From Methanotrichaceae archaeon (GTDB lineage Archaea; Halobacteriota; Methanosarcinia; Methanotrichales; Methanotrichaceae), in NCBI GenBank assembly GCA_963748825.1, contig CAVVKN010000025.1, positions 28,802 to 92,801 on the forward strand: a stretch of DNA of 64,000 nt, written 5' to 3'. Both the position numbers and the translations under genes were made by a program. Positions 26,818 through 37,371 of the stretch are shown piece by piece (position 1 is the first letter of the stretch; each line of letters begins with the position of its first letter). Under the pieces are notes generated by a model that was not told the DNA's origin, did not search any database, and saw only the letters and a program-made list of their open reading frames with translations.

Positions 26818-27216
26818 TTACTCCGTTCGCTTGATGACGATGGTATCAGATATCCTATTGAATAAACGCTGTCTGCTCTCGCGAAAAGCATACCAGCCGA
26901 TGAAGCAGTCGACGGGAAGCAGAAATGCCTTTCCAAATGACTCTACCGCTGCGTCTCTAAACCTGATTCTCTCTCCAAGAGGACCTGTTACAACTAGGTT
27001 AAAGAGCATCTTCCCCAGCGACTGACCTCTATAACCTTCTAATGCAGTCCAATAAATGAATAATATTGCTGCCAGTAGAACGGCTCCACTAATGCCTAAG
27101 GCATCCATTTTTAAAACGATCAGAATTCTGTGCCAGAGGATGCACATAAGAAGAACATCGATCAACCAGGCCCAAAAACGATCTTCCCAGCTTGACAATA
27201 CTATTATCTCATCCAT
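26818..27216 (-). CDS. RDD-family membrane protein
   Basis: RFWAWLID..GQSLGK..QRLFNRISDTIV. Confidence 0.9.
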   Translation of the reverse strand: MDEIIVLSSWEDRFWAWLIDVLLMCILWHRILIVLKMDALGISGAVLLAAILFIYWTALEGYRGQSLGKMLFNLVVTGPLGERIRFRDAAVESFGKAFLLPVDCFIGWYAFRESRQRLFNRISDTIVIKRTE

Positions 27217-27321
27217 AAGAACTCCCTTTGAGACAACATTGTATCCAGATTTTCACAATTCTATAATCATGATTCGAGCTGATCTATTGGCTCCCCAAAA
27301 AAGGAGGATGGGGCCTGGTGA

Positions 27322-28377
27322 TTAACTGGCCTTCTTCTGCTTCTTTCGGTACATGTATCCGCCTGCTGCTATTATGATGATGAGAACAATTCCTGCAGGC
27401 AGAAGCAGTGATGCGGAAGCGGCCTTGACCGTCACCGGTATTTTCATGCTCTCCGAGATGACCGTGTCGCCGTTTAGGTCAGTATACTTGATCTCGCTGT
27501 TAATTGCGTAGTCCTTGGGCGTGGCATCGGAGTCCACATCCAGCCTGAAGACCACCGTTTTCTCTTCCCCGGGCAGCAAGGTGCCGATGAAGGCCTGGTC
27601 ATCGGTAGATGAAAATGGCTTGAAGATGGAGAGCCTTGCAACAGCATCCTTGATGGGATCCTCCCCGATATTCTTGTAGGTGGCAGAAATTGGTGCTTTC
27701 TTGGCTCCGGTTAAGAGAACTCCTGAGTTGTTCAAGATCTCAAAGTCCGCCTGCTTCTTGACGGTGATGGTGATGGGCAGCGTCTGGTTGGCCTTCTGGT
27801 AGATGTAGGAAACTCTATAGTTTGCCAGAGTGGGCGCGCTCCCGCTGGTGACAAGTTGGGAGGCATAGACCCGAACATTATCCTGATAGTCATAAGACAT
27901 GTTTAACTGCAGAGGATATTTGCCGGCAGGAGCGTGCTCCCCGATCTTCAGGGTGAACTTTAGGGGCGATTGGGTCTTGTCTCCCGATTTAAGGGACTGG
28001 ACGACCTGGTCGCCGGACTTTATGTCGATCTGCTGGCTTTCTGAGCTGAGGCTGGCGGTGATCCCCAAAGCGGTAGGCTTCTTATACTCCTCCTGCAATT
28101 CAGCCGCAGCCAGAGCGAACTCTTTGGGGTTCTGAGGTGTCAGATCCTCCTTGAAGCCGAGGATCCTTCCGTAGTTGGTCAGATCCAAATACAGCGAGAC
28201 GGTATCTCCCCGCTCGAACTCATTAGTTCCCGAAACACTGGCGGAGATATCTGGACTGCCGTACATGGTATAGTAATTGTCTCCTCCGAGCTCATAGGGA
28301 ATGTAAGTATTCTGGGCAGAAGCAGTAGCCAGAAGTGTCAACATAATAGCCGTAGCTATGGCAAACTTAATTTCCAT
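27322..28377 (-). CDS. COG1361 S-layer-domain protein with C-terminal TM anchor
   Basis: Signal peptide, Ig-like repeats, FSSTDDQAFIGTLLPGE. Confidence 0.85.
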   Translation of the reverse strand: MEIKFAIATAIMLTLLATASAQNTYIPYELGGDNYYTMYGSPDISASVSGTNEFERGDTVSLYLDLTNYGRILGFKEDLTPQNPKEFALAAAELQEEYKKPTALGITASLSSESQQIDIKSGDQVVQSLKSGDKTQSPLKFTLKIGEHAPAGKYPLQLNMSYDYQDNVRVYASQLVTSGSAPTLANYRVSYIYQKANQTLPITITVKKQADFEILNNSGVLLTGAKKAPISATYKNIGEDPIKDAVARLSIFKPFSSTDDQAFIGTLLPGEEKTVVFRLDVDSDATPKDYAINSEIKYTDLNGDTVISESMKIPVTVKAASASLLLPAGIVLIIIIAAGGYMYRKKQKKAS

Positions 28378-30700
28378 TGATTTTTCTCCGTGGTTGTTTA
28401 TTGATTAGCGCAAATGCTTTTTTAAGTTCCTGTTTAGCGTTCTCTAACACCTCACGCCGAATTTCCATGCGAATCATCAGAACTACAAAGACTGTGAAGG
28501 TGGTGACCAGTGCAAAGATAACCGCCATCACAGTCACCAGTCCGAAGTTGCTGGTGATGTTGAAGGGCGATGTGATCAGCGCTGCAAAGCCGAAGGTCAC
28601 AGTCATCCCCGATGCCACTAGGGCGGAACCGATGCGATTGGCGGTGATCTTCAGGGCCTCAAAGGGATCTCCGACATTTTGCAGCTCTTCATAGAAGCGC
28701 TCCATCATCAGAATTGCGTACTCTGATCCAATTCCCAGCACCAGGGCTCCGAGGGTGGCAGTCAGTGGTGTGTACTTCAATCCTCCTAGATACATAACTC
28801 CGCCCATCCAGCCGATCACCACCAGCATGGGCAGTACCGGCAGAAGGGCCTTGATCAGATCTCTGTATATTATTAAGAGCAGGATGAAGATCAGGACGAG
28901 ACCGAGCAGCGACATCTCCACCCTTCCGGTGGTCAGAGCGCTTATGGTCGCCGTACTCACCATGTTGTTTCCTGTCATCTTGACTGATATATGGGGTGGA
29001 GGAGTCACCCAGGCCAGGTCCCTTTCAAATTCCTTGGTGAGTCGGTCAAAGTTTTCCAGTCCCAGATTCGAGGCAGTCTGACCAAGATTTACATCTATCA
29101 TGGCCGTATTATGGCCACTAAGATATTTGCGTTGTACGGATTGGGGTAGGCTATCGATTATGGCTCTAATTTCCGTCCGGTCGTCAGGCAGCGTCCCGCC
29201 GTTCATCTGCTTAATGTAGGTGACTATGCTGGTAGCGCCGTGAACCTGATCTCTGGACTTTTGCAGGTAATCGCTGAATTCGTCCATCCATTGCAGGTTC
29301 TTCGGATCTGTGAGATCGTCTCCCTGAACTATGAACTGAATGGAGTCTGTGCCGCCGTAAATGCTGCTCATGTGTCTGAAATCAATAAGAGGCGGCAGAT
29401 CCTGGGGAATATAATTTTTCGTGTCCGTCTCCACTGCAACCTGGCTGTCCAGATAGTTTCCGGCCAGGGCGAATATAAGGGCAACAGCCAATACCGCTTT
29501 CCACTTATGAATACAAAAGTCCGCAGTTCTCTCCACATAAGAGCCAATGGCCGATCCGTTATCTAATCCGTTCCCCGACTGACTTATTGCTTTCCTTCTC
29601 CGAGACCCAGTTCTCTTCTCGCCCAGCCACAGAGCCGTCACTCCCACAAATAGGGCGGACAGATAGCACATGAAAAGCCCGATTATGCACAGCTTTCCAA
29701 AATCACGGATCATGGGAACTGAAGAGTTGAGGAGAGCCACAAATCCTGCTACTGTAACAATCAATGCGATCATTACTGGAATGGCCACGTGATTGACCGT
29801 ATTGATGGCCGCCCTGACAGGCGACTCACCCTTGGCGAACTCTTCGTCAATCCTGTTGTGGAATTGAATGGCATAATCGATGCCTATTCCAATGAGGAGT
29901 GGGAACGCGGAAAATGATACCATGGTCATGGGAATATGAAATAGCCCCATGGCTCCGAAGGTCCAGATTATTCCCAGGAAGACGACAGGTATGGGCAGAA
30001 GCGGCCACTTGACATGCCGGAAGACCAGCAGCAGAGCGAAGACCATCAGCACGCCCGCCAGGAGCATGATCTGGCTCTGGCTGGCGCTCATCGCATCAGT
30101 GATCGATTTCATGAGCGCCGGTGTGCCCGTAACTGTCACGTCGTACCCCGGCGGGAAATCAGCCAACTTAACCGCTTCCTTAATCTCTCTCAAGATCTCG
30201 GATCTCTGGCCGTCTGTGATGTAGACCGGGTCCTCAATGGACATCATGGTATGCCTTTGGTCGGGCAACAGGGCCTGCACCAGAGGGCCGCCACCGGCCA
30301 GTATTTCGTCAATTCGTTCTTGAGATGGGATCTGCCGAATACCGTCTGTTTTTGCCTCGGCATCGGCCACCATATCGGCAATGCTGCTGACAGACGACAC
30401 CCTGGGAACATCCTTGACGAAGTCGGATAAGCGCAGCGCAGCTTTGAGAGCTTTAGCGCTTGCCACATTATCTCCTTCGATCAATACCGCTATGGATTCC
30501 GTGCCGAAATTCTCTTTGTAGAGGTGGTCGTAAATCTGGTAGAGAGGGGATTCTTTGCCTACCATGCTCTCGGTATTCATGCCCTGCGTGGTGATCGACT
30601 GGGCGAAAGATAAGGAGGCAAATGTCAAAATCAACGCTACAGCAATGATTATTACAGGATTCTTGGTGATCCACACCCCAAGGCGCTCCAAGTCGATCAT
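28367..30700 (-). CDS. RND/MMPL-family (HAE3-like) exporter
   Basis: Duplicated TM bundles, GIGIDYAIQFHNR and GIGSEYAILMMERF. Confidence 0.92.
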   Translation of the reverse strand: MIDLERLGVWITKNPVIIIAVALILTFASLSFAQSITTQGMNTESMVGKESPLYQIYDHLYKENFGTESIAVLIEGDNVASAKALKAALRLSDFVKDVPRVSSVSSIADMVADAEAKTDGIRQIPSQERIDEILAGGGPLVQALLPDQRHTMMSIEDPVYITDGQRSEILREIKEAVKLADFPPGYDVTVTGTPALMKSITDAMSASQSQIMLLAGVLMVFALLLVFRHVKWPLLPIPVVFLGIIWTFGAMGLFHIPMTMVSFSAFPLLIGIGIDYAIQFHNRIDEEFAKGESPVRAAINTVNHVAIPVMIALIVTVAGFVALLNSSVPMIRDFGKLCIIGLFMCYLSALFVGVTALWLGEKRTGSRRRKAISQSGNGLDNGSAIGSYVERTADFCIHKWKAVLAVALIFALAGNYLDSQVAVETDTKNYIPQDLPPLIDFRHMSSIYGGTDSIQFIVQGDDLTDPKNLQWMDEFSDYLQKSRDQVHGATSIVTYIKQMNGGTLPDDRTEIRAIIDSLPQSVQRKYLSGHNTAMIDVNLGQTASNLGLENFDRLTKEFERDLAWVTPPPHISVKMTGNNMVSTATISALTTGRVEMSLLGLVLIFILLLIIYRDLIKALLPVLPMLVVIGWMGGVMYLGGLKYTPLTATLGALVLGIGSEYAILMMERFYEELQNVGDPFEALKITANRIGSALVASGMTVTFGFAALITSPFNITSNFGLVTVMAVIFALVTTFTVFVVLMIRMEIRREVLENAKQELKKAFALINKQPRRKINGN

Positions 30701-30765
30701 GCCAATAAAACCTTCCATTCGGATTTTGTAGAACGGACCGAATAAACGCAAAATACTTAAACTTT

Positions 30766-31332
30766 GTGATTGACCTGATAATTGTGAACAACGAAGAAAT
30801 GCTGGCGCTAAAGAAGCCCATCATTGATGCATGCGTAAAATCTGCTAAAAAAAAAGGGTGGAGCGATGCGATGGGAATACTCCGAGGCACCCTCTTCCTG
30901 GAAAGCGAACCCGTCTCCCTTGATGCGCTGGCCGAGAAGACCGGCTACAGCAAAACGACAGTGCGCTCCAATATGAGCTATCTCGAAAACCTTGGCATGG
31001 CCCGTCGTGTGGTGGGTCCTGTGGGCAAGCAGCACCGCTATAAACAGCATCGCTATGCTTTGGAGACAGACACAGAAGCGATGAGGCCGGTGGTCCTGTC
31101 TGCAGCAAAGGATGAGATCCGTTCGGTCTTGCAGGCTCTCAATCAAATCGAAAAGAACCTTGAGGGCCATAGCCAGGAGGCCGAAACGATGAGCGCGATA
31201 GTGTCAAAAACAAGACAATTTTATGAAGAGATGGACAGAATCATGCATCTTATGGACCATTACACTTTGAAAGAGCTAATTGAGATTTTGGAGCGAAATA
31301 AGAAGGCCCCATTGGCCAATCAGATAATATGA
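30766..31332 (+). CDS. GbsR/MarR-type HTH regulator, divergent from the RND gene
   Basis: LFLESEPVSLDALAEKTGYSKTTVRSNMSYLENLGM. Confidence 0.85.
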   Translation: MIDLIIVNNEEMLALKKPIIDACVKSAKKKGWSDAMGILRGTLFLESEPVSLDALAEKTGYSKTTVRSNMSYLENLGMARRVVGPVGKQHRYKQHRYALETDTEAMRPVVLSAAKDEIRSVLQALNQIEKNLEGHSQEAETMSAIVSKTRQFYEEMDRIMHLMDHYTLKELIEILERNKKAPLANQII

Positions 31333-31342
31333 CCAGGCTCAT

Positions 31343-31954
31343 ATGACCGACCGCGCGAAAGAGCTTGAGGCGGCAGCAAGGGACATTGATCCCGCATCCC
31401 TGCAAGCTGCAAAGGCCGCCGTCGCCGCATCCTGCCGGGAGTACATCCGCTGGGCCGACCTCTTCTCCCGCCGCCTGGAGACAATAAAGCCGGAGGAGAT
31501 ACACAAGTTCGCTCGGGCGTTCAGCCTCACATTGCTCGGCCACCTGCCCACCAAGCCCGGCACCTGCCCATTCTGTATCCAGTACGACCGGGACAAAAGC
31601 TGCGGGGGCTGTGGCTATGCGGCAACGCATGGCCGCTGCGATGCAGACGATTCCGCCTTCAGCCTCTTCATCGAGGCCTTTCAGGAGCTGGGGCGGGCGA
31701 TATACCAGGATACGGGCGAGCTAGGCTGCTCACCCCACGATGCCCGGATGCATCTCAATTCATCCATAAAAACCTCCTGCGAATTGGCTTTGCGGATGCA
31801 AGAGGATCTTCCTTTCGCTTCAGCCCTGAGGCTTATGGAGCTGAAGGCTGCATATCTCGATGCAATGATCAAATTGCTCCCTGATGAGATCTTAAGCGAA
31901 GAGGTCGCCAGAAAGCGCCGTCTCGTTGAAAGAATGCTCCTTGATTATTGGTAG
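31343..31954 (+). CDS. Cys-rich hypothetical protein
   Basis: TCPFC-x7-CGGCGYAATHGRC. Confidence 0.75.
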   Translation: MTDRAKELEAAARDIDPASLQAAKAAVAASCREYIRWADLFSRRLETIKPEEIHKFARAFSLTLLGHLPTKPGTCPFCIQYDRDKSCGGCGYAATHGRCDADDSAFSLFIEAFQELGRAIYQDTGELGCSPHDARMHLNSSIKTSCELALRMQEDLPFASALRLMELKAAYLDAMIKLLPDEILSEEVARKRRLVERMLLDYW

Positions 31955-31994
31955 AACTGAAGAAAGACGATGGCAATGGGACAAATATTAATTT

Positions 31995-33467
31995 ATGAAG
32001 CTGACATCAAGTCCCTGGATGCAGACGTGCACTGATTCGGATACCAGGAAATGCGCTCTTATCATCGCCACGCTCACCTCTTTCTTGCCGCCCTTCATGG
32101 CCTCCTCCATCAACATCGCTCTGCCGGCCATTGGAGCCGAGTTCTCCATGGATGCGATCCTTTTAGGGTGGATTGCCACCAGCTATCTGCTCTCCGCCGC
32201 CGTCTTCATGGTGCCCTTCGGAAAAATCGCCGATATCTACGGCATGAAGAAGGTCTTTTTCGTTGGTCTTTTCATATTCACGGCATCGTCTCTGGTTGCC
32301 TTCTTTGCTCCTACCTCCACGATCCTCATCGGCTCAAGGATTCTGCAGGGCTTCGGAAGCGCCATGATCTTCGGCACGGGGACGGCCATTTTAGTCAGCG
32401 TATTCCCTCCGCAGGAGAGGGGAAAGATCTTAGGAATCAATGCCGCCTCCGTTTACCTGGGCCTCTCGTTGGGGCCTTTCCTGGGGGGCCTGCTCACTCA
32501 GTACTTCGGCTGGAGAAGCCTCTTTCTGATCAACGTTCCCCTGGGACTGATTCCGCTGGCCCTGGGTCTTTGGAAGCTGAAAGGCGAGTGGGCCGGAGCC
32601 AGAGAGGACAGATTCGATCTGGTCGGATCGGCAATCTACAGCCTGATGCTCGTGGCCGTTATGTTCGGCTTTTCCCTTCTTCCGGCGTGGCAGGGGGCCG
32701 TCCTGGTGCTGTTGGGAATGGCAACCTTTCTCCTGCTCATCCGCTGGGAGTCGGGGGTGGCCTGTCCGGTGCTGGACGTGAACCTCTTTAAAAAAAATCA
32801 CGTCTACGCTTACTCCAATCTGGCGGCTCTGATCAGCTACAGCGCCACCTTTGCCATAACCTTCCTGCTCAGCCTCTACCTGCAATACATCAAGGGCCTG
32901 GAGCCCGATCAGGCCGGACTGATCATGCTGGCCCAGCCAGCCGTGATGGCCATTTTTTCCCCCTACACAGGAAAGCTCTCCGACAGAATGGAGCCGCGCC
33001 TCGTGGCCACCGCCGGAATGGCTCTCACATTTGTGGCCGTCTTAGCATTCGTATTTCTAAACGGGGAGACAAGCCTCTTTTTTATCGTAGCCTGCCTCAT
33101 CACCTTGGGCTTTGGGCTGGCACTATTCACCTCACCTAACACCAACGCCATTATGTCTTCCGTAGAGCCGCGCCATTACGGCGTAGGGTCGGCCACTCTT
33201 GGAACCATGCGTCTGGTGGGACAGGTCTCCAGCATGAGCTTTGTCATGATGGTCTTCTCGCTGTATCTGGGAAAGGTGGAGATCACGCCGCAGTATTATC
33301 CCCAGTTCCTGGCCAGCGTGAAGGTGTCCTTTGTCGTCTTTTCCGTCCTTTGCATTCTGGGGATTTTTGCCTCCCTGGCTAGAGGGAAATTAAGGACCGG
33401 AGGACATGGACAAGGAGAAGACAGGCTAGCATTAAATGGAAAAGCAATGCAGGAAAGCAATAAATAA
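31995..33467 (+). CDS. MFS transporter (DHA2/EmrB-like, 14 TM)
   Basis: SSINIALP, FGKIADIYGMKK, FGWRSLFLINVPLG. Confidence 0.93.
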   Translation: MKLTSSPWMQTCTDSDTRKCALIIATLTSFLPPFMASSINIALPAIGAEFSMDAILLGWIATSYLLSAAVFMVPFGKIADIYGMKKVFFVGLFIFTASSLVAFFAPTSTILIGSRILQGFGSAMIFGTGTAILVSVFPPQERGKILGINAASVYLGLSLGPFLGGLLTQYFGWRSLFLINVPLGLIPLALGLWKLKGEWAGAREDRFDLVGSAIYSLMLVAVMFGFSLLPAWQGAVLVLLGMATFLLLIRWESGVACPVLDVNLFKKNHVYAYSNLAALISYSATFAITFLLSLYLQYIKGLEPDQAGLIMLAQPAVMAIFSPYTGKLSDRMEPRLVATAGMALTFVAVLAFVFLNGETSLFFIVACLITLGFGLALFTSPNTNAIMSSVEPRHYGVGSATLGTMRLVGQVSSMSFVMMVFSLYLGKVEITPQYYPQFLASVKVSFVVFSVLCILGIFASLARGKLRTGGHGQGEDRLALNGKAMQESNK

Positions 33468-33476
33468 AAATAGCCT

Positions 33477-34571
33477 TCAGGACAGATGCCGCCGGAGCAC
33501 ATCCTGATAAAGCCTCTTTACGTTCTCGCTGGTCTTGGCCATCTCCGGAAATCCCCGGTATTGCATGGCCTCCGGCACGTCCTCAGCTAGTTTGAGCTTG
33601 TACTGGCTGCGAGATAGGAACCAGCCCTGCCTGGCGTAGTAGCGGGAGAGATACTCCTGCTCCGTCTGGCCGGGAGTGGGTGTGAAGAGGCCGTGCTTCT
33701 TGTCGAGCTCCGCCATTTCCATCATAGTAGTATAGCCGGACCTTGTAATGATGAACCTGGCCCGGTTCATAAGCTCTGCCTTCTCCTCTGTGGAGACGTA
33801 GGAGTGCACCGTGGTGTGCCCGTCCACCTTTCGATGCGAGTCCTTTTGCGGGCTTCCCAGGAGGACCACCTTCTCGCCGGGGAGGGTCTGCACCTGCTTC
33901 ATAATAATCTCCTCCAGCTTTGTCCTCTGCGGCTCGGGACCGGATACGATGGCCAGGAAGTCCAGGTCCTCGGCCACCGCCATTTTTCTCGTGCTTGTCA
34001 AGATTCCTGCGTAGTAGACCCTGCGTTTCGTGACATCGAGATTGGAGCGACAGAGCTTGCCGCTCAAATTCTTGCCGTTGCCGTTGGGATCGATATCCGG
34101 CACAATCACGCCCTTAAATTTGCTGTGAAAGAAGCTATTGAAGGGAATGGTCAATATCTCTAAGGGATAGAGATAGCCGGGCATGCTGTAGCGCAGTTGA
34201 TGAGTGATGAAGTAGCTGGGAATCTTGGGACTGTAGACACACATGCGGTTGTCGCTGATGATCATGTCGAATTTATTTTCAGCCAGTATTTGTTCCAGCC
34301 TCTTTCTCTCAACAGCAAAAGCCCGCAGCAAGGCTGGAATGCCTGCGATAAAATTGGGAAGGAAAAACCGAGAGTCGCTGTAGGGTACCGGATAGTCCTT
34401 GAAGAGGATGAAATTACACTCTGGACATTCTCTCTGCAAGAGTGCCAGGGCATTGCCGCTAGTGCCTATGGTCACTTCATGCCCCTGGCGCAAAAGCTCC
34501 TCAATGATGGGAATGTCTCGGGTGGAGTGGCCCAGACCCCAATTGAGGGGACTTACAAGTACATGTCCCAT
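33477..34571 (-). CDS. Glycosyltransferase (GT-B, family 28 C-terminal-like)
   Basis: PLNWGLGHSTR, SGPEPQR, RSGYTTMME, PTPGQTEQEYL. Confidence 0.9.
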   Translation of the reverse strand: MGHVLVSPLNWGLGHSTRDIPIIEELLRQGHEVTIGTSGNALALLQRECPECNFILFKDYPVPYSDSRFFLPNFIAGIPALLRAFAVERKRLEQILAENKFDMIISDNRMCVYSPKIPSYFITHQLRYSMPGYLYPLEILTIPFNSFFHSKFKGVIVPDIDPNGNGKNLSGKLCRSNLDVTKRRVYYAGILTSTRKMAVAEDLDFLAIVSGPEPQRTKLEEIIMKQVQTLPGEKVVLLGSPQKDSHRKVDGHTTVHSYVSTEEKAELMNRARFIITRSGYTTMMEMAELDKKHGLFTPTPGQTEQEYLSRYYARQGWFLSRSQYKLKLAEDVPEAMQYRGFPEMAKTSENVKRLYQDVLRRHLS

Positions 34572-34957
34572 GAAAGAGGACAGTGCTGCCTGGTTGTATA
34601 AATCATTTCCTCGGGGAAACTTTTAATTATAATATGAGTTGATGCGATCAGAACCAGATGAATTTCAGTTACAAAATCTCTATCTGAGTTCCAACTTCGC
34701 CTTTCTCCAGAGCAACAAAGTATGCTTGAAGCCTCTTGCAAGCAAAAATATCAGAAATAGAATTCATTATTAAAGGATTTTTCAATTAACAAGATGATAA
34801 TGAACATTTTGTTTTTATAAAAACTTATGTGCCTCACTTTTTAGGAAATCTCTTTCCAGAACTGTTATAAATAATTTAAAATTAAATAGATTAGCATTAA
34901 ATAGTTGTAGGCGGATTTGCTCCTGATTTGTGCTCAGAAATTATTAGAGGTATTGAT

Positions 34958-36805
34958 ATGGCAAAGGATGTTCGCGATAGATCCATAGATCCCGCCAGCC
35001 GGGAGATGCTCGATGTCTGCCAGAGAGCCGGTCTGGAGACTGCCTGGGATCGCTTCGATAAACAGCAGCCTCAATGCGGCTTTGGCGAGCTTGGTCTGTG
35101 CTGTCGAAACTGTAACATGGGACCCTGCCGCATTGATCCCTTCGGAGAGGGGGCCATCAAGGGCGTCTGCGGAGCGACGGCTGACATAATCGTTGCCCGC
35201 AATTTGCTGCGCAGCATTGCCGCCGGGGCCGCAGCTCACTCCGACCACGGCAGAGGCGTGGCTCACACCTTCAAGCTCATGTCCGAGGGCAAGGCCCCCA
35301 GCTACCAGGTCAAGGATAAGGCCAAGCTGGAGAGCCTTATGAAAGAATACGGCGTGGAAACTCAGATCGCCCTCGCCGAGGCTGTCATGGCACAGTTCGG
35401 CAAGCAGGAGGGGCCCCTTCAATTTATTCTCCGTGCACCTGCCAAGAGAGTTGAACTCTGGAGAAAGTTGGGTATTGAGCCTCGCGGCATCGATCGGGAG
35501 ATCGTAGAGATTATGCATCGCACTCATATTGGCGTGGACAACGATTATGTTCACCTCATCTTGCAGGGACTGCGCGCCAGCCTGGCGGACGGCTGGGGTG
35601 GATCCATGATCGCTACAGAGCTGCAAGATGTCATGTTCGGAACGCCCAGTCCTACGTTCTCCGAAGCCAACCTGGGCGTTTTGGAGCCTAACCAGGTCAA
35701 TATTATAGTGCATGGACATGAACCCCTGCTCTCAGAGATGATAGTGGCTGCAGCCGCAGATCCCGCAATGATCGAGATGGCCAAGAAAGAGGGAGCCGTT
35801 GGAATAAATGTTGCTGGAATGTGCTGCACGGGAAATGAGGTGCTCATGCGCCACGGTGTCCCTGTGGCGGGCAACTTCCTGCAGCAGGAGCTGGCAGTGG
35901 CCACAGGCGCTGTGGAGGCCATGGTGGTAGACATACAGTGTATCATGCCCGCCCTCGGGGCTCTGGCCGGATGCTTCCACACCAAGTTCATCTCCACTTC
36001 CCCCAAGGCCAAGTTCCCGGGGGCTACGCACATGGAATTCCACGAGGAAACGGCAATTGAGACTGCAAAGGCGATAGTAGAGGCTGCGGTTATGAACTAC
36101 AAAGGCCGCAATCCCTCTAAGGTCCATATCCCCAGCATCAAGACCAAGTGCATGGTGGGCTTCTCAGTGGAGGCCATCGTGGGCGCTTTAGGCGGAACGC
36201 TCGATCCCCTTCTCGGTGCCATCAAGAGCGGCGCTGTGCGGGGCATCGGGGCTGTTGTCGGCTGCAACAATCCCAAGGTTGTTCATGATTATGGCCACAT
36301 CAATATGGTAAAAGAGCTCATCAAGAACAATGTGCTTGTACTCACAACGGGCTGCAATGCCCTGGCATGCGCCAAGGCCGGCCTGCTCCTTCCCGAAGCG
36401 GCGGACATGGCGGGAGAGGGCTTGAAGGGAGTATGCAAGGCACTGGGAATTCCGCCCGTGCTGCATATGGGCTCATGCGTGGACATCAGCCGCATTCTGA
36501 CCGCTGCAGCGGCAATCGCCAATGCTCTGGGCGTGGACATCAGCGACCTGCCCGCTGCCGGTGCCGCTCCGGAGTGGATGAGCGAAAAAGCGGTGTCCAT
36601 TGGAGCTTATGTGGTGGGCTCGGGAGTCTACACGGTGCTGGGAACTGTGCCCCCCGTCTTAGGAAGCTCTGCCGTTACCGGCCTGCTCACCTCAGGCGCC
36701 AAAGATGTAGTGGGTGCATGCTTCGCTGTGGAGCCTGACCCGTACAAGGCGGCATCGCTCATGATCAATCACATCGACAGCCAGCGCAAGAAGCTGGGCC
36801 TGTGA
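34958..36805 (+). CDS. cooS: Monofunctional Ni-Fe carbon monoxide dehydrogenase
   Basis: QCGFGELGLCCRNCNMGPC, AAAHSDH, HGHEP, MCCTGNE, VGCNN, HMGSCVD, EWMSEKA. Confidence 0.97.
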   Translation: MAKDVRDRSIDPASREMLDVCQRAGLETAWDRFDKQQPQCGFGELGLCCRNCNMGPCRIDPFGEGAIKGVCGATADIIVARNLLRSIAAGAAAHSDHGRGVAHTFKLMSEGKAPSYQVKDKAKLESLMKEYGVETQIALAEAVMAQFGKQEGPLQFILRAPAKRVELWRKLGIEPRGIDREIVEIMHRTHIGVDNDYVHLILQGLRASLADGWGGSMIATELQDVMFGTPSPTFSEANLGVLEPNQVNIIVHGHEPLLSEMIVAAAADPAMIEMAKKEGAVGINVAGMCCTGNEVLMRHGVPVAGNFLQQELAVATGAVEAMVVDIQCIMPALGALAGCFHTKFISTSPKAKFPGATHMEFHEETAIETAKAIVEAAVMNYKGRNPSKVHIPSIKTKCMVGFSVEAIVGALGGTLDPLLGAIKSGAVRGIGAVVGCNNPKVVHDYGHINMVKELIKNNVLVLTTGCNALACAKAGLLLPEAADMAGEGLKGVCKALGIPPVLHMGSCVDISRILTAAAAIANALGVDISDLPAAGAAPEWMSEKAVSIGAYVVGSGVYTVLGTVPPVLGSSAVTGLLTSGAKDVVGACFAVEPDPYKAASLMINHIDSQRKKLGL

Positions 36806-36815
36806 GGCAGTAAGC

Positions 36816-37325
36816 ATGAAAGAAGTATTCGTCCATCTGGACCGCTGTTTAGGCTGCAAGTCCTGCGAGATCGCCTGCGCCGTGGAACATTCCGCCGGCA
36901 AGAACCTCATATCAGCAGTCTCTGAGAAGCCGGGACCAGTGCGCCGGATCTATGTGGAGATAGCAGAGGGGCAGAAGATGCCTCTCGTCTGCCGCCACTG
37001 CGAGGATGCGCCTTGCGTTGCGGTCTGCCGCACCGGTGGCATGAAGCAGGATCCGGTCACAGGCATAGTCGATCGCATTGTGGAGAATTGTGTGGGCTGC
37101 TGGATGTGTGCCATGGTCTGCCCCTACGGGGTCATAGGTCGTCACACCGAGGTCCGGATGGCTGTGAAGTGCGACCGCTGCAAAGATCTGGACGTTCCGG
37201 CATGCGTAGCCGCCTGTCCCACGGGCACATTAATCTTCGCCACGCAGAGGGAATTCGTAGAGATGATGCGAAAGGAGGCCGTAACTCGGATCGCTCGCGA
37301 GGCAAAGGGCCTGGCTAAAGCCTGA
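36816..37325 (+). CDS. cooF: CooF-like 4x[4Fe-4S] electron-transfer subunit
   Basis: CLGCKSCEIAC, CRHCEDAPCVAVC, CVGCWMCAMVCP, KCDRC..CVAACP. Confidence 0.9.
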   Translation: MKEVFVHLDRCLGCKSCEIACAVEHSAGKNLISAVSEKPGPVRRIYVEIAEGQKMPLVCRHCEDAPCVAVCRTGGMKQDPVTGIVDRIVENCVGCWMCAMVCPYGVIGRHTEVRMAVKCDRCKDLDVPACVAACPTGTLIFATQREFVEMMRKEAVTRIAREAKGLAKA

Positions 37326-37371
37326 ACCTGGCAAAACCTGAATTGAAATCTAAGAAAAGGGACGGGGGAAG

